A DNA stretch of 29,864 nt from Candidatus Rokuibacteriota bacterium (GTDB taxonomy: Bacteria; Methylomirabilota; Methylomirabilia; Rokubacteriales; DASRDR01). The notes under the pieces are model-generated. The model saw nothing but the letters and a program-made list of their open reading frames with translations. It was not told where the DNA came from and did not search any database. Location of the stretch: positions 1 through 29,864 of the forward strand of contig JBIOTN010000207.1 in the NCBI GenBank assembly GCA_044866005.1, given 5' to 3'. The translations under genes were made by a program, and so were the position numbers. The stretch's first letter is position 1. Every line of letters starts with the position of its first letter. Below, piece after piece: positions 1 through 8,343 of the stretch.

Positions 1-531
1 GGATGTCCGTCTTGCTCGGCGATCGCGGACGGCTTCAACGGGTTCGTGGATCACCTGGCCAACCATGACGTGATGCTCTGGGCGGTCTCGCGGGCGCCGC
101 TCGCGAACCTGCAGGCGTACAAGCGCCGGATGGGGTGGACGTTCCCCTGGGCGTCCTCGTTCGGCAGCGACTTCAACTTCGACTTCAACGTCTGGTTCAC
201 CGAAGAGCAACAGCGCGAGGGAGGCATCGAATACAACTACCGGCGCGAGGCGGACGCGCCGCTGGTCGGGCGCAGCACCGCGTCGTGGCCGGAGGGGCCG
301 GTCGCCGAGATCGCGGCCATGACCGGAACCGACGTGGCCACGTACACGCGCGAGAGGCCGGGCATGAGCGCGTTCGTGCTCGAGGACGGCGTCGTCTACC
401 ACGCCTATTCCACCTATGCGCGCGGACTGGACGGCCTCTGGGGCATGTACCAGTGGCTCGACCGCGCGCCCAGGGGGCGTAACGAGACGGGCGTCTGGTG
501 GCGCCGCCACGACGAATACGACAAGCGCTGA
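1..531 (+). CDS. DUF899 family (thioredoxin-like) protein, 5' end outside the window
   Basis: Frame is open from base 1: GCPSCSAIADGFNG (CxxC), VSRAPL, MGWTFPWASS, YSTYARG, WLDRAPRGR, WWRRHDEY, all typical of DUF899. Confidence 0.9.
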   Translation, partial: GCPSCSAIADGFNGFVDHLANHDVMLWAVSRAPLANLQAYKRRMGWTFPWASSFGSDFNFDFNVWFTEEQQREGGIEYNYRREADAPLVGRSTASWPEGPVAEIAAMTGTDVATYTRERPGMSAFVLEDGVVYHAYSTYARGLDGLWGMYQWLDRAPRGRNETGVWWRRHDEYDKR

Positions 532-555
532 GCGACGTCGTGGTTGTCGTGGCGC

Positions 556-583
556 GACTGCGGGAACGGGACTGCGGGAACGG
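556..583 (+). repeat. Perfect 14-bp tandem duplication (GACTGCGGGAACGG x2)
   Basis: Read directly at 556-569 and 570-583. Confidence 0.9.
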
Positions 584-598
584 GAGATCTCACGACGC

Positions 599-670
599 AT
601 GGCCTCCGAGCGAGCTTCCCAGCAAGCGTTTTTGGGCGTCTCAGCGCTGCTCTTCGCTGCCAGCGCGGCG
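599..670 (+). pseudogene. N-terminal fragment of a DUF2182-like metal-binding membrane protein
   Basis: ATG at 599 gives MASERASQQAFLGVSALLFAASAA, resembling from recall the start of DUF2182 proteins that usually follow DUF899. Similarity stops at 670. Confidence 0.7.
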
Positions 671-793
671 AGTCCTCGCGATTCCCGAGATGTGAGGAGA
701 CCGTCGGAGACGGGCCGTCATTCCCCTCGGCTGGACTCGACATCTGGGGGCCGCAGGACTTTCTGGACGGTGCGGACATCCGCGGGCGCTCCA

Positions 794-847
794 CGGCATC
801 GGCATCTCGCCCATCGCCGACATGGACGCGCACCAGACGATCGTGAC
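794..847 (-). pseudogene. Inverted continuation of the DUF2182-like fragment
   Basis: Minus strand reads VTIVWCASMSAMGEMPMP, the expected continuation of ...LLFAASAA. Confidence 0.7.
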
Positions 848-1138
848 CGGGGGTTCGTGGAGAAGGCGAAAGGCCGGAGCGTCGGGGAGCTGCTCGACAC
901 GTTCCGGGAGGCCCGGGCCCGGCGCCTGCGGGACCTCGACGCGCTGGGGCTCGGGCCGGACGACCTCGGGCGCCGGGGCCGGCATCCCGACTTCGGCCCG
1001 GTGACCCTGGGGCAGCTCCTCGCCACGTGGGCCCTCCACGACCTCAACCACATCGGCCAGATCGTCCAGGTCATGGCCCGCGAGCACGGCGAGGCCGTGG
1101 GCCCCTGGCGCACGTTCCTCGGCATCCTGGAGCGATGA
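845..1138 (+). pseudogene. C-terminal half of a DinB family protein (5' half missing)
   Basis: DRGF...GRHPDFGPVTLGQLLATWALHDLNHIGQI...VGPW with the HDxxH metal motif. The N-terminal helices and first His are absent. Confidence 0.8.
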
Positions 1139-1512
1139 TGCGCCCACCCGTGGAGAGAGGGGGCGAGCCGCCGCGCGGCTGGCTGATGCGCAAGGGGATC
1201 GTGCTCCCTGGATTGTTCCTGATCGTGGTCACGCCGATCGCGGCGTTCGTGCTGAGCGGCGCGGGGTCGCACATGTCGCCGCTGCTCCTCTACCCCTTCG
1301 CGTCGCCCTGGTGGATGGTCTTTCTCTGGGGCGACCAGGCCGGCAAACCGCCGTACATGGAAAACGTCTGGCTGCTGGTCGGGTGCGCGATCAACCTCGT
1401 GCTTCTGACCTGGGCGGGGTTCGTGATGGACCGGCGGAGCGGGTCAGGGCGGGCGGACCGGATCGGCAGGCGGCGGCATGACGAGGACGCCGGCCGTCCG
1501 CCGAACCGGTGA
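1135..1512 (+). CDS. Small hypothetical membrane protein
   Basis: ATGA overlap with the DinB stop codon; two or three hydrophobic segments (GIVLPGLFLIVVTPIAAFVL, VWLLVGCAINLVLLTWAGFV). Alternative ATG at 1186. Confidence 0.65.
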   Translation: MMRPPVERGGEPPRGWLMRKGIVLPGLFLIVVTPIAAFVLSGAGSHMSPLLLYPFASPWWMVFLWGDQAGKPPYMENVWLLVGCAINLVLLTWAGFVMDRRSGSGRADRIGRRRHDEDAGRPPNR

Positions 1513-1545
1513 GCCGCACTCCGCCTCGTCGGCCGTCAGAAGAAA

Positions 1546-1621
1546 TGGTGGACAGGGGGAGAATTGAACTCCCGACACCGGGATTTTCAGTCCCGTGCTC
1601 TACCGACTGAGCTACCTGTCC
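1546..1621 (-). tRNA. tRNA-Phe (GAA)
   Basis: 76-nt cloverleaf: acceptor GGACAGG/CCTGTCC, D arm GCTC/GAGC, anticodon arm CGGGA-CTGAAAA-TCCCG, T arm GGGAG-TTCAATT-CTCCC, encoded 3' ACCA. Confidence 0.98.
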
Positions 1622-1642
1622 ACCGAGAGGAAGGCGCCGTGT

Positions 1643-1671
1643 ACGTTACCAGAGGCCCCGCGGGGTGTAAA
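1643..1671 (-). promoter_or_regulatory. sigma70-type promoter of tRNA-Phe
   Basis: Minus strand TTTACA-17 nt-TAACGT with a TG extended -10 motif, 21 nt upstream of the tRNA. Confidence 0.7.
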
Positions 1672-1706
1672 GGCGCGCGCCCGCGCGACGCGCGCCGGCC
1701 GGCCCC

Positions 1707-1735
1707 TTGGGCGCCCGAGGCGGTTCGAGTAAGAT
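1707..1735 (+). promoter_or_regulatory. Candidate sigma70-type promoter of the hydantoinase/oxoprolinase pair
   Basis: TTGGGC-17 nt-TAAGAT, back to back with the tRNA promoter. Confidence 0.45.
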
Positions 1736-1832
1736 GAGGACGCCGTACCGGCGCGCCGGGCCGCGGTGACGCGGAGCGCGGGGCTCCACGCCCGGGCGCG
1801 ACCAGAAGCGCTGCCGCGCGCGGGGAGAGTTC

Positions 1833-3593
1833 GTGGCGCATCCCGTCGATCCCATCACCGTCTCCGTCATCCAGCATCGCCTCGAGGCGATCGTCCAGGA
1901 GATGGGCGAGGCGATGCTCCGCACCTCCTACTCGCAGATCCTGAACTCGAGCCGGGACTTCTCGACCGCGATCTGCGACGCCGAGGGGCGGCTCGTGGCC
2001 CAGGCCGAGCACGTCCCGATCCACGTGGGCGCCATCCCCTGGGCCGTCCGGTCGGTCCGCCAGTTCTTCGGCGACGGGATCCGTCCGGGCGACGTCTACC
2101 TCCTCAACGACCCCTACCAGGGGAACAACCACCTGCCCGACCTGACCGCGTTCGTCCCGGTCTTCGCCGACGCGCGCCTGGCCTTCTGGTCGATCAACCG
2201 CTCCCACCAGAGCGACATCGGCGGGGCGACGCACGGCGGCTACAATCCGGCCGCGACGGAGATCTGGCAGGAGGGGCTCCGCATCTCGCCGCTCCGCCCC
2301 TACGACGCGGGCAGCCTCCGGGACGACGTCCTCCACCTGCTGGCGACCAACGTCCGCCACCCCCGCGATTTCCGTGGCGACCTCGCCGCCATGATCGGCT
2401 CGGCGCGCGTCGGCGAGCGACGGCTCCTGGCGCTCCTCGCCGAGCACGGCGCGGCCACGGCGGCGGCCGCCATCGAGGCGGTCCTCGACGGGGCCGAGCG
2501 CCAGACGCGCGCCTGCATCGCGACCTGGAAGGACGGCGTCTACCGCGGCGAGGCGATCCTGGACGACGACGGCCACGGCGCGCGCGACGTCTACGTCCGG
2601 GCGACCGTGACGAAGCGCGGGAGCGACCTCACGGTCGACCTCTCCGACTCGCACGCCCAGGTCGCGGGGTTCGTCAACTCCTCCTACCCCAACATGCGCT
2701 CGGCCGTCGCCATGGCGCTGGCCTACCTCGTGGACCCCCACACGCCGAAGAACGACGGGACGTTCCGCCCGCTGACCGTCGTCGCCCGCCCGGGCACGGT
2801 CGTCTGGGCGGAGGCGCCGGCGCCGGTCACGCTCTGCACGAACCATTGCGCCCAGGAGATCGCCGAGGCGGTGATCAAGGCGCTCGCGCCGGCCTGTCCG
2901 GAGCGGGCGCTGGCCGGCTGGGGCCGCCGCTTCCGCATCGCGATCCAGGGGACGGACCCGCGCTCGGGACGCCCCTTCATCTGGCACATGTTCCACGCGC
3001 GCCCGGGCGGCGGCGCCTCCGCCGCGGGCGATGGCTGGCCGACGGCCGGCGAGGGGCAGGCGGCGGGCGGGATCAAGTTCGGGAGCGTCGAGGTGACCGA
3101 GGTCCGCTTCCCCCTCTTCTTCCGCCGCCACGAGTTCCGGCCGGACTCGGGGGGGGCCGGCCGGTACCGGGGCGGCGTGGGGTCCGTGCTCGACCTCGTC
3201 GTCGAGATCGGCGAGCCCGCCCGCGCCAACACGGCGGGCGATGGGGTCCGCTACGCGCCCTACGGCATCCTGGGCGGCCGGGATGGGCGGCCGCACCGCT
3301 ATCGCCTCCGCTCCCGCGGCCGGCCCGAGCGCGTGCTCCGGACGAAGGAGGTCGGGGTGCCGGTCCGCCCGGGCGACGTCTTCCTGATCGAGTCCGGGGG
3401 TGGCGGCGGCTACGGCGACGTGCGCCGTCGCGACCCGGCCGCGCGCCTGGCGGACCGCGCGAACGGGTTCGTGACGCGAGACGGCCGTGCCCGCCGGCAG
3501 CCCCTCACCCCGGCCCTCTCCCCGGGGGGGAGAGGAGGAACACGGCGCCGCGCCCTCTCCCCCGGGGGGAGAGGGAGAAAGCGGCGCCGCTGA
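1833..3593 (+). CDS. Hydantoinase B / oxoprolinase family subunit
   Basis: VDPIT...EMGEAMLRTSYS, DFSTAI, NDPYQGNNHLPD, HQSDIGG, EIWQEGLRI, DSGGAGRYRGG, C-terminal GGGGGYGD. Confidence 0.95.
   Translation: MAHPVDPITVSVIQHRLEAIVQEMGEAMLRTSYSQILNSSRDFSTAICDAEGRLVAQAEHVPIHVGAIPWAVRSVRQFFGDGIRPGDVYLLNDPYQGNNHLPDLTAFVPVFADARLAFWSINRSHQSDIGGATHGGYNPAATEIWQEGLRISPLRPYDAGSLRDDVLHLLATNVRHPRDFRGDLAAMIGSARVGERRLLALLAEHGAATAAAAIEAVLDGAERQTRACIATWKDGVYRGEAILDDDGHGARDVYVRATVTKRGSDLTVDLSDSHAQVAGFVNSSYPNMRSAVAMALAYLVDPHTPKNDGTFRPLTVVARPGTVVWAEAPAPVTLCTNHCAQEIAEAVIKALAPACPERALAGWGRRFRIAIQGTDPRSGRPFIWHMFHARPGGGASAAGDGWPTAGEGQAAGGIKFGSVEVTEVRFPLFFRRHEFRPDSGGAGRYRGGVGSVLDLVVEIGEPARANTAGDGVRYAPYGILGGRDGRPHRYRLRSRGRPERVLRTKEVGVPVRPGDVFLIESGGGGGYGDVRRRDPAARLADRANGFVTRDGRARRQPLTPALSPGGRGGTRRRALSPGGRGRKRRR
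3501..3575. repeat. Two REP-like palindromes (CCCTCTCCCC..GGGGAGAGG) inside the 3' end of the hydantoinase B gene
   Basis: CCCCTCACCCCGGCCCTCTCCCCGGGGGGGAGAGG at 3501-3535 and GCCCTCTCCCCCGGGGGGAGAGGG at 3552-3575. Confidence 0.8.
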
Positions 3594-3597
3594 CGCC

Positions 3598-5643
3598 GTG
3601 TACCGGATCGGGATCGACGTCGGGGGGACCTTCACCGACCTCGTCGCCGTGGACGACGCCGGGCGCGTCGCGCTCGCCAAGGCGGCCTCCACCCCCGCCG
3701 ACCCGTCCGTCGGCGTGATGGAGGGGCTCGGGCTCCTGGCGGCGGCGCTCGGCGCCGACCGCACGGACCTGCTGCGCCAGACCGAGCGCATCGTGCACGG
3801 GACCACCGTCGCGACGAACGCGCTCCTCGAGCGGAAGGGCGCGCGGGTCGCCCTCCTCACGACCGAGGGCCACCGCGACGTCCTCGAGATGCGGGAAGGC
3901 CTGAAGGACGACCGCTACAACCTCCGCATGCCCGCCCCCGAGCCGCTCGTGCCGCGGGCACGACGTCTGGCGGTCCGCGAGCGGCTCCGCGCGGACGGGC
4001 GGGTCGCCGTCCGGCTCGACCGGCGCTCGCTGGCGCGAGCGATCGCGACGCTCCGGCGCCAGCGGGTCGAGAGCGTCGCCGTCTGCTACCTCCACGCCTA
4101 CCGCGACGCGCGGCACGAGGTGGCGACCGCCGCGGCGCTCCGGCGCGCCCTCCCCGGCGCCTACGTCTCGCTCTCCTCCGAGGTGCTGCCGCAGATCAAG
4201 GAGTACGAGCGGGTCTGCACGACGGTCGTCAACGCCTACGTCGGGCCCGCCCTCGCGCGCTACCTGGCGCGCCTGGCCGCGCGGCTCACCGAAGCGGGGT
4301 ACGCGGGGCCGGTCCTGCTCATGCAGTCCCACGGCGGCGTCGCGCCGGTCGCCGACGCGGTCCGCCTCGCGGCCGGCGCGGTGCTCTCCGGCCCGGCCGG
4401 CGGCGTGGCGGGGAGCCGCTACGCCGCCCGGCTCCTCGGCGAGGGGAACCTGATCCCCTTCGACATGGGCGGGACGAGCACCGACATCTCGCTCGTCGAG
4501 GGCGGCGAGGCCCACCTCTCCGCCGACAAGGCGGTGGCCGGCCAGCGGGTCGCGCTCCCCAGCATCGACATCGTGAGCCTCGGCGCCGGCGGCGGGTCGA
4601 TCGCCCGCGTGGACGCGGGCGGGATCCTCCACGTCGGCCCGGAGAGCGCCGGCGCCGATCCCGGGCCGGCCTGCTACGGCCGGGGCGGGACGGCCGCGAC
4701 GGTGACGGACGCGAACCTCGTCCTCGGCTACCTCGATCCCGGGAACTTCCTGGGCGGCCGGACGCGCCTGCACGTGGCCGCGGCCGAGCGGGCGGTCGAC
4801 GCGGTCGCCCGGCGGCTCGGGACGGACCGCGTCGCCGCGGCTGACGGCATCCACCGCGTCGTCAACACGCGCATGGCCGAGGGCATCCGCCTGGTCTCGG
4901 TGCGCCGCGGCGTGGACCCGCGGCGCTTCGCGGTGCTCGCCTTCGGCGGGGCGGCGGGCCTGCACGTGACCGACGTCGCGCGCCGCCTGGAGATCGGCCG
5001 GGTCGTGGTCCCGCGCGTCGCGGCGGTGCTCTCGGCCTGGGGCATGCTGGCCACGGATCTCCGCTGCGAGGCGGTGCGCACGCACATCGGCGACGTCCGC
5101 AAGGTCGGGGCGGCCGAGCTGGGCCGGCTCTTCGCCGAGATGGAGGCGGAGGCCCGGGGACGGCTCGCCGAGGCCTTCCGCGGGCCGGTCCGCGTGAAGC
5201 GGGCGGTGGACATGCGCTACGGCGAGCAGATCTTCGAGGTCGCCGTCTCGCTCGACGGCCTCGAGCTCGACGCCCCGGACCTCCTGAAGGAGGTCGTGGA
5301 GCGCTTCCACCGCCGGCACGAGGAGCTCTACACCTACAGCGCCCCGGACCAGGAGGTCGTGCTCGTGAACGCGCGCCTCGCGGTGGTCGGCGTGCTGCCC
5401 GCGCTGCCCCAGGAGCCGGCGCTCCCGGCCCGGCCGCCCGCCGCCCCGGGCGGCGGCCGGCGGGTCTACCTGGCGGGCGCGTGGGTCACGCTGCCCGTTT
5501 ACGACCTCGACGCCGTCGCGCCGGGGCAGGCGGTGACGGGCCCGGCCCTCTTCCAGACGGCGACCACGACCGTGCTGGTCCGCGCCGGGGACCGGGCCGT
5601 GGCGACGCCCCTCGGCTGGCTCGACATCCGGGTCGGCGGCTGA
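3598..5643 (+). CDS. Hydantoinase A / oxoprolinase family subunit (ATP-binding)
   Basis: GTG at 3598; YRIGIDVGGTFTD, HGTTVATNA, SGPAGG, DMGGTSTD, GAGGGSIA, GPESAGADPGPACYG. Confidence 0.95.
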   Translation: MYRIGIDVGGTFTDLVAVDDAGRVALAKAASTPADPSVGVMEGLGLLAAALGADRTDLLRQTERIVHGTTVATNALLERKGARVALLTTEGHRDVLEMREGLKDDRYNLRMPAPEPLVPRARRLAVRERLRADGRVAVRLDRRSLARAIATLRRQRVESVAVCYLHAYRDARHEVATAAALRRALPGAYVSLSSEVLPQIKEYERVCTTVVNAYVGPALARYLARLAARLTEAGYAGPVLLMQSHGGVAPVADAVRLAAGAVLSGPAGGVAGSRYAARLLGEGNLIPFDMGGTSTDISLVEGGEAHLSADKAVAGQRVALPSIDIVSLGAGGGSIARVDAGGILHVGPESAGADPGPACYGRGGTAATVTDANLVLGYLDPGNFLGGRTRLHVAAAERAVDAVARRLGTDRVAAADGIHRVVNTRMAEGIRLVSVRRGVDPRRFAVLAFGGAAGLHVTDVARRLEIGRVVVPRVAAVLSAWGMLATDLRCEAVRTHIGDVRKVGAAELGRLFAEMEAEARGRLAEAFRGPVRVKRAVDMRYGEQIFEVAVSLDGLELDAPDLLKEVVERFHRRHEELYTYSAPDQEVVLVNARLAVVGVLPALPQEPALPARPPAAPGGGRRVYLAGAWVTLPVYDLDAVAPGQAVTGPALFQTATTTVLVRAGDRAVATPLGWLDIRVGG

Positions 5644-5724
5644 CGCCGCGGCGCGAGACCGGCTAAGCTAGTATCGAGGGTCGGGCCCGAACCGGAGACT
5701 CGCTTCGTGACGCTGGAGGTCGGG

Positions 5725-6090
5725 ATGAATCTCACCGCGCCCGAGAAGGTCGTGGAGGCCGAGAAGTTCGTCCTCCGGGACACGAGCGGGAAGTCGCGCG
5801 CCGTGCTCACCGTGTCCGCCGATGGCTCGCCGGTGCTGGCGCTCTCGGACCAGGACGGCGTGACCCGCGCGTCGCTGGCCCTCTCCGCCAATGGCTCGCC
5901 GGGGATCGACCTGGCCGACCGCCGGGGCCGCCTCCGCGCCTGGCTCACCGTGCTGGCGGACGGCTCTCCCGGGCTCGCCCTCTACGACGAAGACGGCAAG
6001 ACCCGCGCGACCCTCACCGTGTCGGCCGACGGCGCCCCGAGCCTGGCCCTCTACGACGGGGAAGGGCGCGTGAGCTGGAGCGCGCCCTGA
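5725..6090 (+). CDS. Hypothetical protein built from about four 23-aa repeats
   Basis: GGAGG then ATG at 5725; repeat consensus L.D.DGK.RA.L.V.ADGSP.L. Confidence 0.8.
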   Translation: MNLTAPEKVVEAEKFVLRDTSGKSRAVLTVSADGSPVLALSDQDGVTRASLALSANGSPGIDLADRRGRLRAWLTVLADGSPGLALYDEDGKTRATLTVSADGAPSLALYDGEGRVSWSAP

Positions 6091-6153
6091 ATTCGGGCGA
6101 ACGGAGGGCGCGGGGAAGGGGACGCGGGACGGGAGGGAGAAGGAGCGGAAACG

Positions 6154-6618
6154 ATGCGGCGGTGGCTCTACACCCGTCCGGCCTGGGGCCTCGTGCCCGT
6201 GCGGCTCGTGGCCGGGCTGATCCTCTTCCTCGCCGGATACCAGAAGCTCGTCGTCGTCGGCCTCGAGGGCGTCGAGGCCTCGTTCGCCCGGATGGGCATC
6301 CCGCTCCCCGAGGTCGCGGGGCCCTTCGTCGCGGTCCTCGAGCTGGTCGGCGGGGCCGGCCTCGTCCTCGGCGCGTACACGCGCTGGTGGGCGGGCCTCT
6401 TCGCGGTGGAATTCACGGTCATCAGCTTCGTCGTGAAGCTCCCCCAGGGCTGGCCGGCGATGCGCCTGGACCTCTTGCTGCTGGCCGCGGCCTTGCTCCT
6501 CCTCATCGAGGGCGGGGGAGCCGCCTCGCTCGACCGGGCGATGGCGGTCGAGGCGGAGCCCGGTCCGCCGCTCGAGGCGTCGGTGCCGCGGCCGCGGGGG
6601 ATCGGCGTGCCGCAGTGA
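6154..6618 (+). CDS. DoxX family membrane protein
   Basis: RLVAGLILFLAGYQKL, ELVGGAGLVLGAYTR, GGGAASLD; about four TM segments; AAGGAG RBS. Confidence 0.9.
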   Translation: MRRWLYTRPAWGLVPVRLVAGLILFLAGYQKLVVVGLEGVEASFARMGIPLPEVAGPFVAVLELVGGAGLVLGAYTRWWAGLFAVEFTVISFVVKLPQGWPAMRLDLLLLAAALLLLIEGGGAASLDRAMAVEAEPGPPLEASVPRPRGIGVPQ

Positions 6619-6689
6619 GCCTCGCCCTCCACGTGGCGTGGTCGTCCACCGATGGAGCCGCGCCCGAGCGATCCGAAACCAGATTCCGC

Positions 6690-6719
6690 TTGACACTGGT
6701 CCGGGCTTCTCCCTAGACT
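6690..6719 (+). promoter_or_regulatory. sigma70-type promoter
   Basis: TTGACA-18 nt-TAGACT, about 200 nt upstream of the nucleotidyltransferase ATG. Confidence 0.7.
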
Positions 6720-6921
6720 GGTTTCTCACGCTGATCGTCCATCGTTGATGCAGGGTCCGGTCCGGGGGGGGACGATCGGCTGCTAGCGCCGGAGAGGGTT
6801 GGGTGCACCCGTCCGTCGGGCGGGCGCGCCTCCCGGCCTGCCCGGTCCTCCCGCCGCACCGCGCCGTGGGGGGACGCCGAGGCGGTCCGCCGCATCCTCC
6901 CAGCCGCCCGCGAGGCGAGTC

Positions 6922-7971
6922 ATGGCCCACGGCCCCGCGCCGCTCGGTTCGGCGCCGACGTCCCCCGTCCCCACCGGCCGTCCGTCGCTCTGGGGCATCA
7001 TCCTCGCCGGCGGGGAAGGGACGCGCCTCCAGCCGCTCACCCGCTGGATCACCGGGGACAGCCGCCCGAAGCAGTTCTGTGACCTCAGGGGCGGCGGCAC
7101 CCTGCTCCAGGAGACGATCCGCCGGGTCGCCGGGTTGATCCCGCCGGAGCGACAGCTCGTCAGCCTGACGCGCGGCCACGCCGCCTACTACGAGCCGCTG
7201 CTCCGCGAGTGCCAGGGGGTCGGCCCCGTGGTCCAGCCGGCCAATCGCGGCACGGCGCTCGGGGTGCTCTACCCGGCCCTCCACGTGGCGGCACGCGACC
7301 CGAAGGCCACCCTCGCGGTCTTCCCCTCCGACCACTTCGTCATGCCGGCGGAGCGCTTCATGCAGGCCGTGGCCGACGCCGCGCAGGCGGTGGAGGAGCA
7401 TCCCGGCACGGTCGTCCTCCTCGGCATCCTCCCCTCGAGCCCGGAGACCGAGTACGGGTGGATCGAGCCCGGCGAGGCGCTCGGGCCCGGGGCGCGGACG
7501 CGCGCCCGCCGGGTGCGGCGGTTCGTCGAGAAACCATCTCTGCCCTGGGCGCGCGACATGCTGCGCGCGGGGTGGCTCTGGAACACGCTCGTGCTCGTCG
7601 GCACGGTGACCCAGCTCTTCCGCCTCGCCGCCCGCCACGTGCCCGACACCGTCGGCGCGCTGCTCGCGATGCGCCAGACCCTCGGCACGCGGGCCGAAGC
7701 CACCGCCGCGGCCCGCGCCTACGCCGCCGCGCCCGCGGCGAACGTCTCTCGCGACCTTCTCCAGCAGGCGCGTGACGCGCTCTCCGTCCTCGAGGTGCCG
7801 GGCGTCACCTGGAGCGACTGGGGGACGCCGCGCCGCGTCGTCTCCACGCTCACCGGGCTCGGCGAGCAGCCCCTCTGGATGACGGACGGGCTGCGAAAAG
7901 AGCTGGCGCACGTGAGCGAGGAGCCGAGCTGGCGGCGCCCCCTGCCCCTGCCGGGGGTCCGGAGCGCCTGA
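6922..7971 (+). CDS. Sugar-phosphate nucleotidyltransferase, mannose-1-phosphate guanylyltransferase-like (no cupin domain)
   Basis: IILAGGEGTRL...RPKQF, PANRGTA, FPSDH, YGWIE, FVEKP, WN, WSDWG. Confidence 0.9.
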   Translation: MAHGPAPLGSAPTSPVPTGRPSLWGIILAGGEGTRLQPLTRWITGDSRPKQFCDLRGGGTLLQETIRRVAGLIPPERQLVSLTRGHAAYYEPLLRECQGVGPVVQPANRGTALGVLYPALHVAARDPKATLAVFPSDHFVMPAERFMQAVADAAQAVEEHPGTVVLLGILPSSPETEYGWIEPGEALGPGARTRARRVRRFVEKPSLPWARDMLRAGWLWNTLVLVGTVTQLFRLAARHVPDTVGALLAMRQTLGTRAEATAAARAYAAAPAANVSRDLLQQARDALSVLEVPGVTWSDWGTPRRVVSTLTGLGEQPLWMTDGLRKELAHVSEEPSWRRPLPLPGVRSA

Positions 7972-7977
7972 CGTCTT

Positions 7978-8010
7978 CGGGGGGGTCTCGGCAGACCCCC
8001 CCGATGCCCC
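7978..8010. repeat. Post-stop palindromic element CGGGGGGG-N10-CCCCCCCGATGCCCC, copy 1
   Basis: Starts 6 nt after the TGA at 7971 and is followed by further hairpins to about 8100; related copy at 13641. Confidence 0.65.
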
Positions 8011-8234
8011 CCCTCGGTTGCGCCGGCGGAGCCGGCGCTCGGAGTGCTTCGCTTTCGACCCCGAACGTTCCAGGCTCCGGCGCGCCTTCGCCCCGGCGCC
8101 GCTGGCTGGCATCGCTCGCCCGCCTCCGAGGCCGCCGCCGATTGGCGGCGGCGAGCCCGACAGGCCGTCGTGCCCATGACGACCGGCCGCGTCGCCCGGC
8201 GTGTTCTCGCCTGCCTTTTCGCCTATCCCGGCGC

Positions 8235-8250
8235 TGGTATCCCGCTTGCT
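8235..8250 (+). promoter_or_regulatory. sigma54 (-24/-12) promoter candidate
   Basis: TGGTAT-CCCGC-TTGCT, exact GG-N10-GC spacing, about 90 nt upstream of the GT4 gene. Confidence 0.7.
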
Positions 8251-8343
8251 ACGTCAGCAGCGGCTCCCATGACACGAGCGCCGAGTGGAACGGAACCGGC
8301 GGCCCGCGGGAGGGTCGGATCCCGGCCCGGAGGCGATGTGGGT

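Noticed and set aside
6799..8343. Extended N-termini in the ORF track (6799, 8044; also 3487, 9299, 17375, 21491, 22822)
   Set aside because: They run through promoters, repeats or upstream genes; downstream starts fit RBSs, overlaps and domain boundaries better.
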